Shown: positions 13,419 to 22,109, counted from the stretch's first letter. The stretch: DNA of 32,000 nucleotides from Brevibacillus sp. B_LB10_24 (GCF_046036945.1 NZ_JBJQOQ010000010.1:1-32000), one strand, 5' to 3'. The notes: generated by a model not told the origin, from the sequence alone. Numbers and translations are program-made.

Positions 13419-16316
13419 TTATGAATCCGAATGAGGATGCATGCTGTACAGAAACGGATGAACCAGTTCGCGAAGCTGTGTCCATTTCCCCGTCTCGATG
13501 CGAAAAGGCGGTAAGGATTGCAGAAAAGCCCGGCCGTATCGGGATTCGACGATGCGGGCGTCAAATACCGCGACGACGCCCCTGTCTGACTGTTGGCGAA
13601 TCAGGCGGCCCACCCCTTGTTTAAAGCGAATCACGGCATGGGGCAGTGACAGCGTCATAAATGGATTTTTCTGCTCGGCCTTGGCTTTTTCATACCGCCC
13701 TTCCAGGAGCGGCAGATTCGGCGGTTGAAACGGCAGCCGCACGATGACCAGGCAGCTGAGCGCTTCACCAGGAATATCTACACCTTCCCAAAAGCTGCTG
13801 GTTCCGAGCAGGACAGCTTTTGGCTCGCGCTGAAACATTCTGACCAGCTTGCTTCGGTTTCCGCTGTCGATGCCGTGGCCGAGCAATCGGTAATTCTCGT
13901 CAGCCAACTGCTCCTTTAATCCGTCGTAGACCTGCCTAAGCATGGCGTAGGAGGTAAACAGGATCAAGGTGCGTCCTTGGGCCGCCCGGATCAGGTCGGC
14001 GCACCCTTGAACCACCGCTTCCAGATAGGCCCCCTCGGTCTCTTTGCCGAGGCTGGGAAAATCGTTTGGAATGAGGATCAAGCCCTGCTGTTCATAATCG
14101 AACGGCGAGGGAAGACTCAACGTGCGAACCCGCTCATCCGGGAGGCGGTTCAGACCATAGCGCTCGATGATGTGCGCAAAGCTGTTTTTGACGGTTAGTG
14201 TGGCAGAGGTAAGCGTAATGCTCCGCCTGTCGGCAAACAGCTGCTCGGCCAGAGGCCCGGAAACATCCAGTGGAGCGGCATACAGGTAGAGCTGTTTGCG
14301 GGTGGTGCGAATCTCCACTTCCGCCCAACAGACGTATTCCGGCTGCTCTGACAAAAACAGGAAATGCAAAACACCCATCCGCTGCTGCAGGTCGTCGAGA
14401 ATTCCTTCCAGGTTGGTCACCAGGCTGCGCACCGCAAACGGCGGCCGCTCTGACTCCCCCTTCGCCAACCCCAGCATGTGCTCGGCAGCCCCTGCCAGCT
14501 GGCCAAGCTGTTCAATCATCTCCTTTGCTTTACCGACGATGCGCTGCTGGCGTCCGGAAAAGTCACTGGCGCGAAACCGCACTGTCGCCCTGCCCGTCTC
14601 AGTTGTATCCTTGGCGTGTTTTACCGCCCAGTCGGTAAAGGAGCGGACCCATTGATGAAACCCCTCCCGGGCGGCGAGCTGACGTTCCGCCAAGTCAGCC
14701 AATCCGGCCGCTGCCCGCTCCTGCAGCTCTGGCTGCCAACTTTCTAGTTCGTCGGCCAATCGCTGCGGCACTCCCTGTTCCTGATCGACTGCCAAGCGAT
14801 CCAACAGGTTGGACAGTCCGGCGGAGGAAAACTGTACGCCAAATTGCTGGCTGGCTACGTCCTCCAATTGATGGGCCTCGTCGATCACCGCCACCTCGTA
14901 ACGGGGCAGGATGCGGCTGTCGGCCTGCAGGTCGGAGAGCAGCAGGGCATGATTGACGATCAGCACATCGGCTCCTTTGGCCATCTCTTTCGCTTGAAAG
15001 TAATAGCAGCGGGTAAACCACGGACAGTTCCGATGCAGACAGGAGTTGACATCGCTCTTCACCTGCTGCCACAGCAGTCCTCCTGCAGGAGGCAAGCTTA
15101 CCTCCTCCACGTCGCCTGTCTCGGTCTGGGTCAGCCAGGTGACCAACTGCGCTTTGGTCAGCCGAAGTTCGTGGCTAGCGCCCTCCCCCGTCTCTTCCAG
15201 GCTTTGCTCAAACTTGCGCAGGCACAGATAGTTGCCGCGTCCCTTTAATCTGGCCGCTGTAAACGAAAAGGGCAAAGCAGCCTGCAGCATCGGGATGTCC
15301 TTGTGAAATAGCTGATCCTGCAGGTGAACCGTATGGGTACTGACGACTGCCTGCTGCTGATGCCACTTGGACCACAAGAGGGTCGGAAGCAGATAGCCGA
15401 GCGATTTTCCCGTCCCCGTTCCGGCTTCGACAAGCAGATGGGCCCCGTCGTTCATCGCCGCATACACCGCCCGGATCATCGCTTCCTGGGCTTCACGCCG
15501 CTGGTACCGTTCGCTTGTCAGCGCCAAGGTTCCTCGCTCTCCGATGACGCCTTCTAAAAAAACGTCTAACTCAGCCGGATAGACCGGCTCTTGGGCCGTT
15601 TGCAGAAGGGCTTCCGGTTGGCGGATGCGAAGCGCCAGCCCGCGATACACATCCCAGTTTTCCTCGTCTGGGGACGCCGCTCCCTGCTCCTTTGCGAAGG
15701 AGACTTGCATCAGCTTCTCCATTTCCATATGGCTTAACAGGACGCTGATGTCAGAGCGAAAAGACGCAACCAAGAGCTGCAGCCGCTGCAGCGTAATCAA
15801 CGGCAGTCCGCCCAAAATCTCAAGCAGTTTGAGCAGCAGGTTGGCAGTAGCCATCGCATCGCTGTCCGCTTGGTGGGGATTTTCATGTTCAATCTCCAAA
15901 TCGTCGGCCAGCTCTGCCAAGCGGTAACTGCCCTGCATCGGCAGCAAAAAGCGGGACAGCTCTACCGTATCCAGGACGTATCCATCGAATGTATAATAGC
16001 CCTGGCTGTGCAGGGCTTCTTGTAAAAAGAGCAAATCAAACGAGGCATTATGTGCGACAAAAGTCCGGCCATCAAGCATGCGCAAGAGGTCGGGAAGCAC
16101 TTCCTCGATGGTCGGAGCATCCGCGACCATTTCGTCCGAAATCCCTGTTAGAGACGTAATAAAGGGGGGAATCGGCTGGCCGGGATTGACCAGGGTAGAG
16201 TAGCTCTCCGTAATCTCCCCGTCATCAACGGTGACAGCGCCAATCTGGATGATGCTGTCACCTTGGCGGGGGTGGCTTCCCGTAGTTTCAAAATCAACAA
16301 CAATAAATCGGTTCAA
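13419..16316 (-). CDS. dinG: DinG-family ATP-dependent helicase with N-terminal DEDD 3'-5' exonuclease domain
   Basis: 965 aa with a TTG start after GAGGTG.
- Exo motifs: VVDFETTG, HNASFDLLFL, HQADSDAMATANL.
- Walker A: EAGTGTGKS.
- DEAH box: VIDEAHQL.
- Four Cys: C365, C426, C431, C437. Confidence 0.9.
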   Translation of the reverse strand: MNRFIVVDFETTGSHPRQGDSIIQIGAVTVDDGEITESYSTLVNPGQPIPPFITSLTGISDEMVADAPTIEEVLPDLLRMLDGRTFVAHNASFDLLFLQEALHSQGYYTFDGYVLDTVELSRFLLPMQGSYRLAELADDLEIEHENPHQADSDAMATANLLLKLLEILGGLPLITLQRLQLLVASFRSDISVLLSHMEMEKLMQVSFAKEQGAASPDEENWDVYRGLALRIRQPEALLQTAQEPVYPAELDVFLEGVIGERGTLALTSERYQRREAQEAMIRAVYAAMNDGAHLLVEAGTGTGKSLGYLLPTLLWSKWHQQQAVVSTHTVHLQDQLFHKDIPMLQAALPFSFTAARLKGRGNYLCLRKFEQSLEETGEGASHELRLTKAQLVTWLTQTETGDVEEVSLPPAGGLLWQQVKSDVNSCLHRNCPWFTRCYYFQAKEMAKGADVLIVNHALLLSDLQADSRILPRYEVAVIDEAHQLEDVASQQFGVQFSSAGLSNLLDRLAVDQEQGVPQRLADELESWQPELQERAAAGLADLAERQLAAREGFHQWVRSFTDWAVKHAKDTTETGRATVRFRASDFSGRQQRIVGKAKEMIEQLGQLAGAAEHMLGLAKGESERPPFAVRSLVTNLEGILDDLQQRMGVLHFLFLSEQPEYVCWAEVEIRTTRKQLYLYAAPLDVSGPLAEQLFADRRSITLTSATLTVKNSFAHIIERYGLNRLPDERVRTLSLPSPFDYEQQGLILIPNDFPSLGKETEGAYLEAVVQGCADLIRAAQGRTLILFTSYAMLRQVYDGLKEQLADENYRLLGHGIDSGNRSKLVRMFQREPKAVLLGTSSFWEGVDIPGEALSCLVIVRLPFQPPNLPLLEGRYEKAKAEQKNPFMTLSLPHAVIRFKQGVGRLIRQQSDRGVVAVFDARIVESRYGRAFLQSLPPFRIETGKWTQLRELVHPFLYSMHPHSDS

Positions 16317-16388
16317 ACTGACTTCACCTCAAAATGACGACTGTCCCTAGATTTCGGCAAAAACGGCTGAAATCCTGCTTGCCTTACG

Positions 16389-17858
16389 TCAGATGGGAAG
16401 TGATTCCTCCGCCAACTGCCCGCTTTCCAGCCCTAATTTGTCTGCACACAATTTCAGGAACAGCGGTACCTCGCGGATGAGGCTGGGATCGCCGTCGACG
16501 TGCCGGAAATACTCTCTGGCGAGCAGCCAGTCTTCTTGCAGCATGGCCAATCTGCCCAGGTGGTAGTATCCGAGCGAACGCAAATAGGCGTCATCCTCCA
16601 GCAGAAAAGACTCAGCCACCCGCTTCGCTTCCGCGTAATCGCCCTGAGCGCTGTAGACCGTGATCAGTCCCGACTGGGCCAGCCGGTGATCACGCTGACG
16701 CGAAAGGATAAAGCGAAAGGTTTTCAGTGCGTCTTCCTGCTGGCCGGAAAACAACTGCATCCAGCCGTACGAAAAGGTAAAGTCCAGGTTGTCGGGAGCC
16801 AAGCTGATCGCTTTTTTCATCAGGGGAAAGCCTTTCTCATTCCCGCTGATCTGCCAGATCGTCCAGGCCAATCCGTGCCACGTCCAGCCTTCGCCGGGCA
16901 GCTGTTCCGTCAGATAGCGATAACAGACCTGTGCCCGGTGGACCTGCCCGCGCGCCTCGTAAACGGCCGCCAGTTCACGCAGCGTAGTCGGCTTCAGGTG
17001 GCGGTTTGGCATCCTCATGGGCACGGGCGGCACCCGCTCTTTCATCCCGTCCATGGAGGCCAGGGCTTCGGCTGCCCGCAGCCAGACAATCTGCGCCTCC
17101 CAGTCATCTTCTGACCGTTGCAGATACTGTTCAATGCTGTCCAACGCCTCTTCTGCCGCCCCGTCGTGAAGCTGGCATAAGGCCAGGTTGAACAGAGCCT
17201 CCAAGTAATGCGGATATGCCTCAAGCGCCGCCGTAAACGCTTGGTTTGCCTCGAGAAAGCGAGCTTCCTCGGCAAAGATGCACCCCAGTGCATTAAAGCT
17301 GATTGCCGTGATTTTTGGCGAACTGGCGGTCCGGCTCAGCAGCCGAAACTCTTTGGTTGCCGCTTCTTTTTCCTCGCTGAAAAAGAGACTGTAGGCGTAG
17401 TACAATCTTCCGTACTCCCAATCAGGCGAATGCTGAACAAGTTCGGAAAAGCAGCGCTTGGCGTCGTGAAACAGGCGCAGGTGATAAAACCCTTCCCCTT
17501 TGCGAAACAGCAAGCCTTGCTCCGTCCGCGCCTCCTCTTTCTCTTCCGCCGTTTTTTCTTGCTTCGCGGCTGGCTGACCGCCTTGGCCAGTGTCGCCGAG
17601 CACTGCCTGTTTGACCGCATCAAACGCCTTGTCATCTGCCTGTACAGGCTGTCCTTGCTGTTCCTTAATCTCTTTGATCACCCGTGACAGCTGCTCCTCA
17701 AAATGCAGCCACAACTCTACAAATTGATCACTCGCCTCGCGTAGCTCAAACAGCTGTTTGGCTAAAGCCATCCTTTTCGGCTCATCTGCCGCCGGCCACT
17801 CGCGCTCTACTGTCTGCAGGCGGGCGATAAGTGAATCAAACCACTGACTAATCGACAA
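16389..17858 (-). CDS. TPR-repeat protein
   Basis: 489 aa with a TTG start (17856-17858) 6 nt after AAGGAGGTG. The N-terminal ~110 aa are acidic and coiled-coil-like. The rest is TPR-like repeats (for example FNALGCIFAEEARFLEANQAFTAALEAYPHYLEALFNLALC). Confidence 0.8.
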   Translation of the reverse strand: MSISQWFDSLIARLQTVEREWPAADEPKRMALAKQLFELREASDQFVELWLHFEEQLSRVIKEIKEQQGQPVQADDKAFDAVKQAVLGDTGQGGQPAAKQEKTAEEKEEARTEQGLLFRKGEGFYHLRLFHDAKRCFSELVQHSPDWEYGRLYYAYSLFFSEEKEAATKEFRLLSRTASSPKITAISFNALGCIFAEEARFLEANQAFTAALEAYPHYLEALFNLALCQLHDGAAEEALDSIEQYLQRSEDDWEAQIVWLRAAEALASMDGMKERVPPVPMRMPNRHLKPTTLRELAAVYEARGQVHRAQVCYRYLTEQLPGEGWTWHGLAWTIWQISGNEKGFPLMKKAISLAPDNLDFTFSYGWMQLFSGQQEDALKTFRFILSRQRDHRLAQSGLITVYSAQGDYAEAKRVAESFLLEDDAYLRSLGYYHLGRLAMLQEDWLLAREYFRHVDGDPSLIREVPLFLKLCADKLGLESGQLAEESLPI

Positions 17859-17917
17859 AAAAAGCCACCTCCTTGTGAGGTAGTTGCTAGTTTCATTGTC
17901 TCACAAGAGGAGTGGCT
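17856..17917 (-). terminator. hairpin plus U-tract after panC; its 3' arm contains the TPR-gene Shine-Dalgarno
   Basis: Arms at 17900-17917 and 17863-17879 give about 16 bp with two small bulges and a 20-nt loop. The hairpin is followed by U6, which ends in the TTG start codon. Confidence 0.6.
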
Positions 17918-17957
17918 CTATTCAGTCTGATCGCTGGTGCGATGCTATCAGCGTCGT

Positions 17958-18809
17958 TTAGATAACGGTGATAACGTTGTCGATCAATCTGGTCCGCCCG
18001 AACCGAACGGCGACAGCGATGCAGATCCGCTGTCCGGGCCGCAGTTCTTCGGCGGGCGACAGGCTCGGGTAATTGACCACTTCTACGTAGTCTATTTCGG
18101 CGAGCGGCTGCCCGTTGATCATCTCGATGACCAGATCACGCACATCCGCCACCGACGCTCCCCCGTCGCGAAGCATTTGCTGTGCGGCCTGCAGACTGCG
18201 GTACAACACCGTCGCCTGGCTGCGTTCTTCCTGATTTAAATAGACATTTCGGGAGCTTAGTGCCAATCCGTCTGCCTCTCTGATGATTGGGCAGCCGACT
18301 ACCGTGATCGGCATCGACAGGTCGAACACCATCTGTTCAATCACGGCAAGCTGCTGGGCATCCTTCTGCCCGAAAAACGCCTTGTCGGGCCAAACGAGAT
18401 GAAACAGTTTGCTTACGACCGTAGCCACCCCGTCAAAATGTCCCGGCCGATTTCGTCCGCATAACGGTTCCGAGACTTGTCCGACGGAGACTTTGGTCAG
18501 GATCGGCCGGGGATACATCTCTTCTACTGAAGGGGTGAACAGGAAATCGACACCGGCTAATTCTGCCAGCTGGCTGTCACGAGCCAGATCTCGCGGGTAA
18601 CGCTCGAAATCCTCGTTTGGCCCAAACTGCAGCGGATTGACAAAGATGCTCATGACGACCGTGTCGCATGCCTCCCGCGCCGCCTCGACCAAACTGAGAT
18701 GCCCGGCATGCAGGTACCCCATCGTCGGCACCAGCCCGATGCTCTTTCCCTCCCGCCGGATCAATTGCAGTTCCCGTCTCAGTTCTGGTATCGTCTTGAT
18801 CTGTTTCAT
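17958..18809 (-). CDS. panC: pantoate--beta-alanine ligase
   Basis: 283 aa. Motifs VPTMGYLHAGHLSL and FGQKDAQQ. ATGA overlap with the panB stop. Confidence 0.95.
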   Translation of the reverse strand: MKQIKTIPELRRELQLIRREGKSIGLVPTMGYLHAGHLSLVEAAREACDTVVMSIFVNPLQFGPNEDFERYPRDLARDSQLAELAGVDFLFTPSVEEMYPRPILTKVSVGQVSEPLCGRNRPGHFDGVATVVSKLFHLVWPDKAFFGQKDAQQLAVIEQMVFDLSMPITVVGCPIIREADGLALSSRNVYLNQEERSQATVLYRSLQAAQQMLRDGGASVADVRDLVIEMINGQPLAEIDYVEVVNYPSLSPAEELRPGQRICIAVAVRFGRTRLIDNVITVI

Positions 18810-19666
18810 TCTTTGGCTCCCTCTCCATACAATTTTGCCACGGTTTCTTCAGAGGCGGTAAAGACGTGATCGGCTGTCGGGAATTCCCTGCTCTTTACTT
18901 CGGATACATAACGCTCCACCCCGTCTTTGATCAACCGGCCGATATCCACGTATTTTTTTACAAATTTTGGTTGTATTTCCGAGGCGTAGGAGACGACATC
19001 ATGAAACACCAGCACCTGTCCGTCGCAGCCCGCTCCGGCCCCGATACCGATCGTGGGGATTCCGATGCTCTCCGAGATCTTTGCCGCCACCTCTTCCGGC
19101 ACGCACTCCAGCACGATCGCAAAAGCGCCCGCGGCTTCCAGAGCTTTGGCGTCCTCGAGCAGCTTTGTCGCAGCCGCGATGTTTTTTCCCTGCACCTTGT
19201 AGCCGCCCAACTGATGGACCGACTGCGGCGTCAGTCCGATGTGTCCCATGACCGGGATCCCTGCCTGGACGCAGCGAGTCACCAGCGGCGCAAGCTCGCT
19301 TCCGCCTTCGATTTTGACCGCCTTGGCGAGCCCCTCCTGCATGAGTCTGCCGGCATTCTTGACGCCTTCCTCGACCGTGCCGTGGTAGCTCATAAACGGC
19401 ATGTCAGCGACGACAAAAGTCCGTTTTACGGCCCGGGTAACCGCCTTGGTATGATGGATCATGTCAGCCATCGTAACCGGAATCGTCGAATCGTATCCCA
19501 GTACGACCATACCAAGCGAATCTCCCACAAGGATCATATCCGCGCCGGCTTCTTCAACCAGCTTGGCCGTTGGATAATCGTATGCAGTAATCATCGCGAT
19601 CGGTTGCTTTTCCTGCTTTTGTTTACGCAGCCAGGCGGTCGTCACCGGCGCTTTTCTTTCAGTCAT
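18806..19666 (-). CDS. panB: 3-methyl-2-oxobutanoate hydroxymethyltransferase
   Basis: 286 aa with GGGGGA 7 nt upstream. Motifs MITAYDY, LVGDSLGMV and VKIEGG. Confidence 0.95.
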   Translation of the reverse strand: MTERKAPVTTAWLRKQKQEKQPIAMITAYDYPTAKLVEEAGADMILVGDSLGMVVLGYDSTIPVTMADMIHHTKAVTRAVKRTFVVADMPFMSYHGTVEEGVKNAGRLMQEGLAKAVKIEGGSELAPLVTRCVQAGIPVMGHIGLTPQSVHQLGGYKVQGKNIAAATKLLEDAKALEAAGAFAIVLECVPEEVAAKISESIGIPTIGIGAGAGCDGQVLVFHDVVSYASEIQPKFVKKYVDIGRLIKDGVERYVSEVKSREFPTADHVFTASEETVAKLYGEGAKE

Positions 19667-19679
19667 TTCATTATCCCCC

Positions 19680-19905
19680 GTTTCCTATCCGTTCCATGAG
19701 CCACGGCCAAAACAAAGAAAAACCCTCCCGAAAGAAGCGAGAAGGCTGTCCATGCCAAATACATGTACCAGGTACATTTGTCCTTCTGTCTCGGTCCTTG
19801 CGGCTCTGAGCAGATACCCTATTAAAAATGTGGTCGTGCAAGTAAATTGTGCGCCAAGTGCCGTTTGATTTCTCAATACGACCATGGCTTCTCCCAGTAT
19901 ACCAA
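19680..19905 (-). promoter_or_regulatory. structured panBC leader (extended -10 promoter, hairpins, attenuator); possible pan-motif-like cis-regulator
   Basis: TGGTATACT (extended -10; TATACT = 19901-19896) sits directly after the birA stop. The ~200-nt leader contains a hairpin with several bulged A residues and a GCAA loop (19786-19813). It also contains a perfect 15-nt palindrome and a terminator. Confidence 0.45.
19709..19745 (-). terminator. intrinsic terminator inside the panB 5' leader (attenuator)
   Basis: Minus-strand RNA reads CCUUCUC-GCUUCUUUC-GGGAGGG, a 7-bp stem including 2 G-U pairs. It is followed by UUUUUCUUUGUUUU and lies about 40 nt before the panB start. Confidence 0.55.
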
Positions 19906-19927
19906 AAATGCCTGAACATTTGTACGT

Positions 19928-20896
19928 CTATTCTACATCGGCCGAATAAACTTTGTGCTGCTTCCCCTCTGCATCCTCGACGATCAGCACACCGTCCGTG
20001 CCCAGACCAATCGCCTTTCCCTGGATCGTATAGTGGGGGGTGCGAACCGTCACAACGCGGCCGAGCGACATCGAATACGCTTCCCACTCCGCTTTGACCT
20101 GGGCGAAGCCTTCAGCCAGATACTGATCGTAGATCCGCTCAAACTGCTGGCAAAAAACCTGGATCAACGCAGCCCGCCTGAAGCTGATTCCCGTCTCGAT
20201 GCGAAGCGAGGTGGCGATTTCGGTCAATTCCGGCGGAATATCCTGCGGCTGGGTGTTGACGTTCAGCCCGATTCCGATCACCAGGTAGTTGATCCGATCC
20301 GCTTCTGCATTCATCTCGGTTAAAATCCCGCAGACTTTTTTTCCACCCACAAAAATATCATTGGGCCACTTGATTTGCGGCTTGATGCCTGCCTCCAGCT
20401 CAATTGCTTTCGCCATCGCAACCGCGGTCAACAACGTCATCTGCGGCGCCCGCGGCAGGGGAATGTCCGGGCGGATGATCAGGCTCATCCAGATACCCGC
20501 CCCTTTAGGCGAATGCCAGGGACGCCCAAGCCGCCCCCTTCCGCCCTCTTGCCGGTCAGCGACGACCAGTGTCCCCTCAGCCGCGCCGCTGTTTGCTGTC
20601 TCATGGGCGATGATTTGGGTAGAGCGGACAGTTTCAAAGGTGATGACAGACTGTCCGATTCGCTCTGTCTTCATCCCTGTGAGAATCTCCTCCATCGAGA
20701 CGCTGTCGGGAGAGGAGACCAGGCGGTAGCCGGATTTGCGCACGGCTTCGAACTGGTACCCCTCCTGCCGAAGCTCTTCGATATGCTTCCAGACCGCCGT
20801 CCGGGTGCATTGGCAAATCTGGCTGAGGTGTTCTCCGGATATAAACTGTCCAGGCTGGTCTCTAAACGCCTTTAATATCTCCTGCTTGATCTTCAT
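19928..20896 (-). CDS. birA: bifunctional biotin--[acetyl-CoA-carboxylase] ligase / biotin operon repressor
   Basis: 322 aa. N-terminal wHTH (ISGEHLSQICQCTRTAVWKHIEELRQEGY), GRGRLGRPW ligase motif and KWPNDI. Its start overlaps the cca 3' end by 35 nt. Confidence 0.9.
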   Translation of the reverse strand: MKIKQEILKAFRDQPGQFISGEHLSQICQCTRTAVWKHIEELRQEGYQFEAVRKSGYRLVSSPDSVSMEEILTGMKTERIGQSVITFETVRSTQIIAHETANSGAAEGTLVVADRQEGGRGRLGRPWHSPKGAGIWMSLIIRPDIPLPRAPQMTLLTAVAMAKAIELEAGIKPQIKWPNDIFVGGKKVCGILTEMNAEADRINYLVIGIGLNVNTQPQDIPPELTEIATSLRIETGISFRRAALIQVFCQQFERIYDQYLAEGFAQVKAEWEAYSMSLGRVVTVRTPHYTIQGKAIGLGTDGVLIVEDAEGKQHKVYSADVE

Positions 20897-22109
20897 CTGC
20901 CTCTACCTCTTTCTTTGCCGCTTCAATCAACGCCTGGTAGGTGTTGGGCAAACCGCGCAGCGCCGTCTGTTCATACAGCGACTGCAGCACCCGTCCAATC
21001 CAACTGCCAGGCTCCCGTCCGAGCGCCCGCTGCAGTTCGCTTCCGGTCACGGCCAATTCGCCAAGCGACTTGACGGGCATGCTCTCGTACGTCTCGATCA
21101 GTGTCCGTGTCGACTCCCGGTCATTTTGGCGGGACCAGATCGCTTGCAGCAGCATATCTACCTGCATACAGAAGTCCCAGCCATAGCGGAGCAGAAGCTT
21201 CCCCCAGTCAATCGGACGGGGCTGATCCCAGGCAGGGGACAGCTCATGCAAAATGGACACAAATGCTTTGATCGTCTCCCGCTCCCGTTTGGACATCCGC
21301 AGGGAAGCCGCTGCTTGCCGTGCCGATTCATCCGTTTGGCCGGCCGCATAGAACAACAGGCTCCATTTTTGCAAAAAAGAACCAAGCCGGGGCAAGCGCC
21401 ACGCATCCTCTCTCCCGCAGTGAAAGACTTCGGCGATTCGGGGCAAACTACCTAACAAATTCGTCTCGTCAAGCAAGCGGCATCCCTCGTCCGGAAAGCT
21501 GCTGTCGACCAGTTTCGTCAGCTCGTCGCGGATGCGCTCGACGGCGATACTCTTCAGCAGCGGAGCGTGTTTACCCAATGCCTGGTACGTACTGGCTTCA
21601 ATCTGAAAACCCAGCGCGGCAGCAAAGCGGACAGCCCGCACCAACCTTAGGGCGTCCTCCTGAAAGCGCGTATCGGCATCTCCGACTGCCCGAATCACTC
21701 GATCGCGCAAGTCACGGCGTCCGTCAAACGGGTCGACGATCCGGCCCTTCAGGTCCATCGCCATCGCATTGATGGTAAAATCGCGGCGAGCCAAATCCTG
21801 ACGGATATCGGTTACGAAAGCAACCTCGCTCGGCCTGCGGTAATCGTCATACTTTCCTTCTGTTCGGTACGTCGTCACCTCAAAAATATCGGAACCTTCC
21901 ATGACGGAAATGGTTCCATGCTGCAAACCCGTCGGATAATGCCGGGGAAAAAGCTGCATGATGTCGCTCGGATGGGCATTCGTACATATATCTATGTCAT
22001 GTACGGTTCTGCCCAAAAGCCAATCGCGGACACAGCCGCCGACGAAGAAAGCCTCGAAACCCGCGTCCTCCAGCCGGCGCAGCACCTGCATAGCCTGTTC
22101 TTTTATCAT
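20862..22109 (-). CDS. cca: CCA-adding tRNA nucleotidyltransferase
   Basis: The track ORF runs to 22118, but that ATG abuts the AAAGGGG RBS. The second ATG (22107-22109) has workable spacing. Motifs FFVGGCVRDWLLGR, DIDI and RDFTINAMA. Confidence 0.9.
   Translation of the reverse strand: MIKEQAMQVLRRLEDAGFEAFFVGGCVRDWLLGRTVHDIDICTNAHPSDIMQLFPRHYPTGLQHGTISVMEGSDIFEVTTYRTEGKYDDYRRPSEVAFVTDIRQDLARRDFTINAMAMDLKGRIVDPFDGRRDLRDRVIRAVGDADTRFQEDALRLVRAVRFAAALGFQIEASTYQALGKHAPLLKSIAVERIRDELTKLVDSSFPDEGCRLLDETNLLGSLPRIAEVFHCGREDAWRLPRLGSFLQKWSLLFYAAGQTDESARQAAASLRMSKRERETIKAFVSILHELSPAWDQPRPIDWGKLLLRYGWDFCMQVDMLLQAIWSRQNDRESTRTLIETYESMPVKSLGELAVTGSELQRALGREPGSWIGRVLQSLYEQTALRGLPNTYQALIEAAKKEVEADEDQAGDIKGV

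Noticed and set aside
16317-16388. Search for a LexA/Cheo box (CGAACNNNNGTTCG) or promoter upstream of dinG. A 9-bp hairpin with one mismatch lies at 16350-16374.
   Set aside because: No Cheo-box-like sequence is found and the hairpin lacks a U-tract. dinG is most simply co-transcribed with the TPR gene.
18866-19699. 277-aa plus-strand ORF antisense to panB. Similar cases are 4632-5408 (antisense to the GntR gene), 20736-21455 (antisense to cca), 29217-29882 (antisense to qcrB) and 9504-10112.
   Set aside because: All lie fully within strongly supported genes on the opposite strand. They lack RBSs and have arginine/histidine-rich, unprotein-like sequences.
19685-19885. 66-aa minus-strand ORF within the panB leader.
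   Set aside because: It has a GGGAGA RBS-like element. However, it runs straight through the attenuator terminator and looks unprotein-like. It is kept only as an alternative (leader peptide) inside the leader finding, not as a gene.
20862-20896. 35-nt overlap between the 3' end of cca and the 5' end of birA.
   Set aside because: The overlap is real, but out-of-frame overlaps between adjacent co-directional genes are common. Both proteins are full-length with normal termini, and there is no evidence of frameshifting or fusion.
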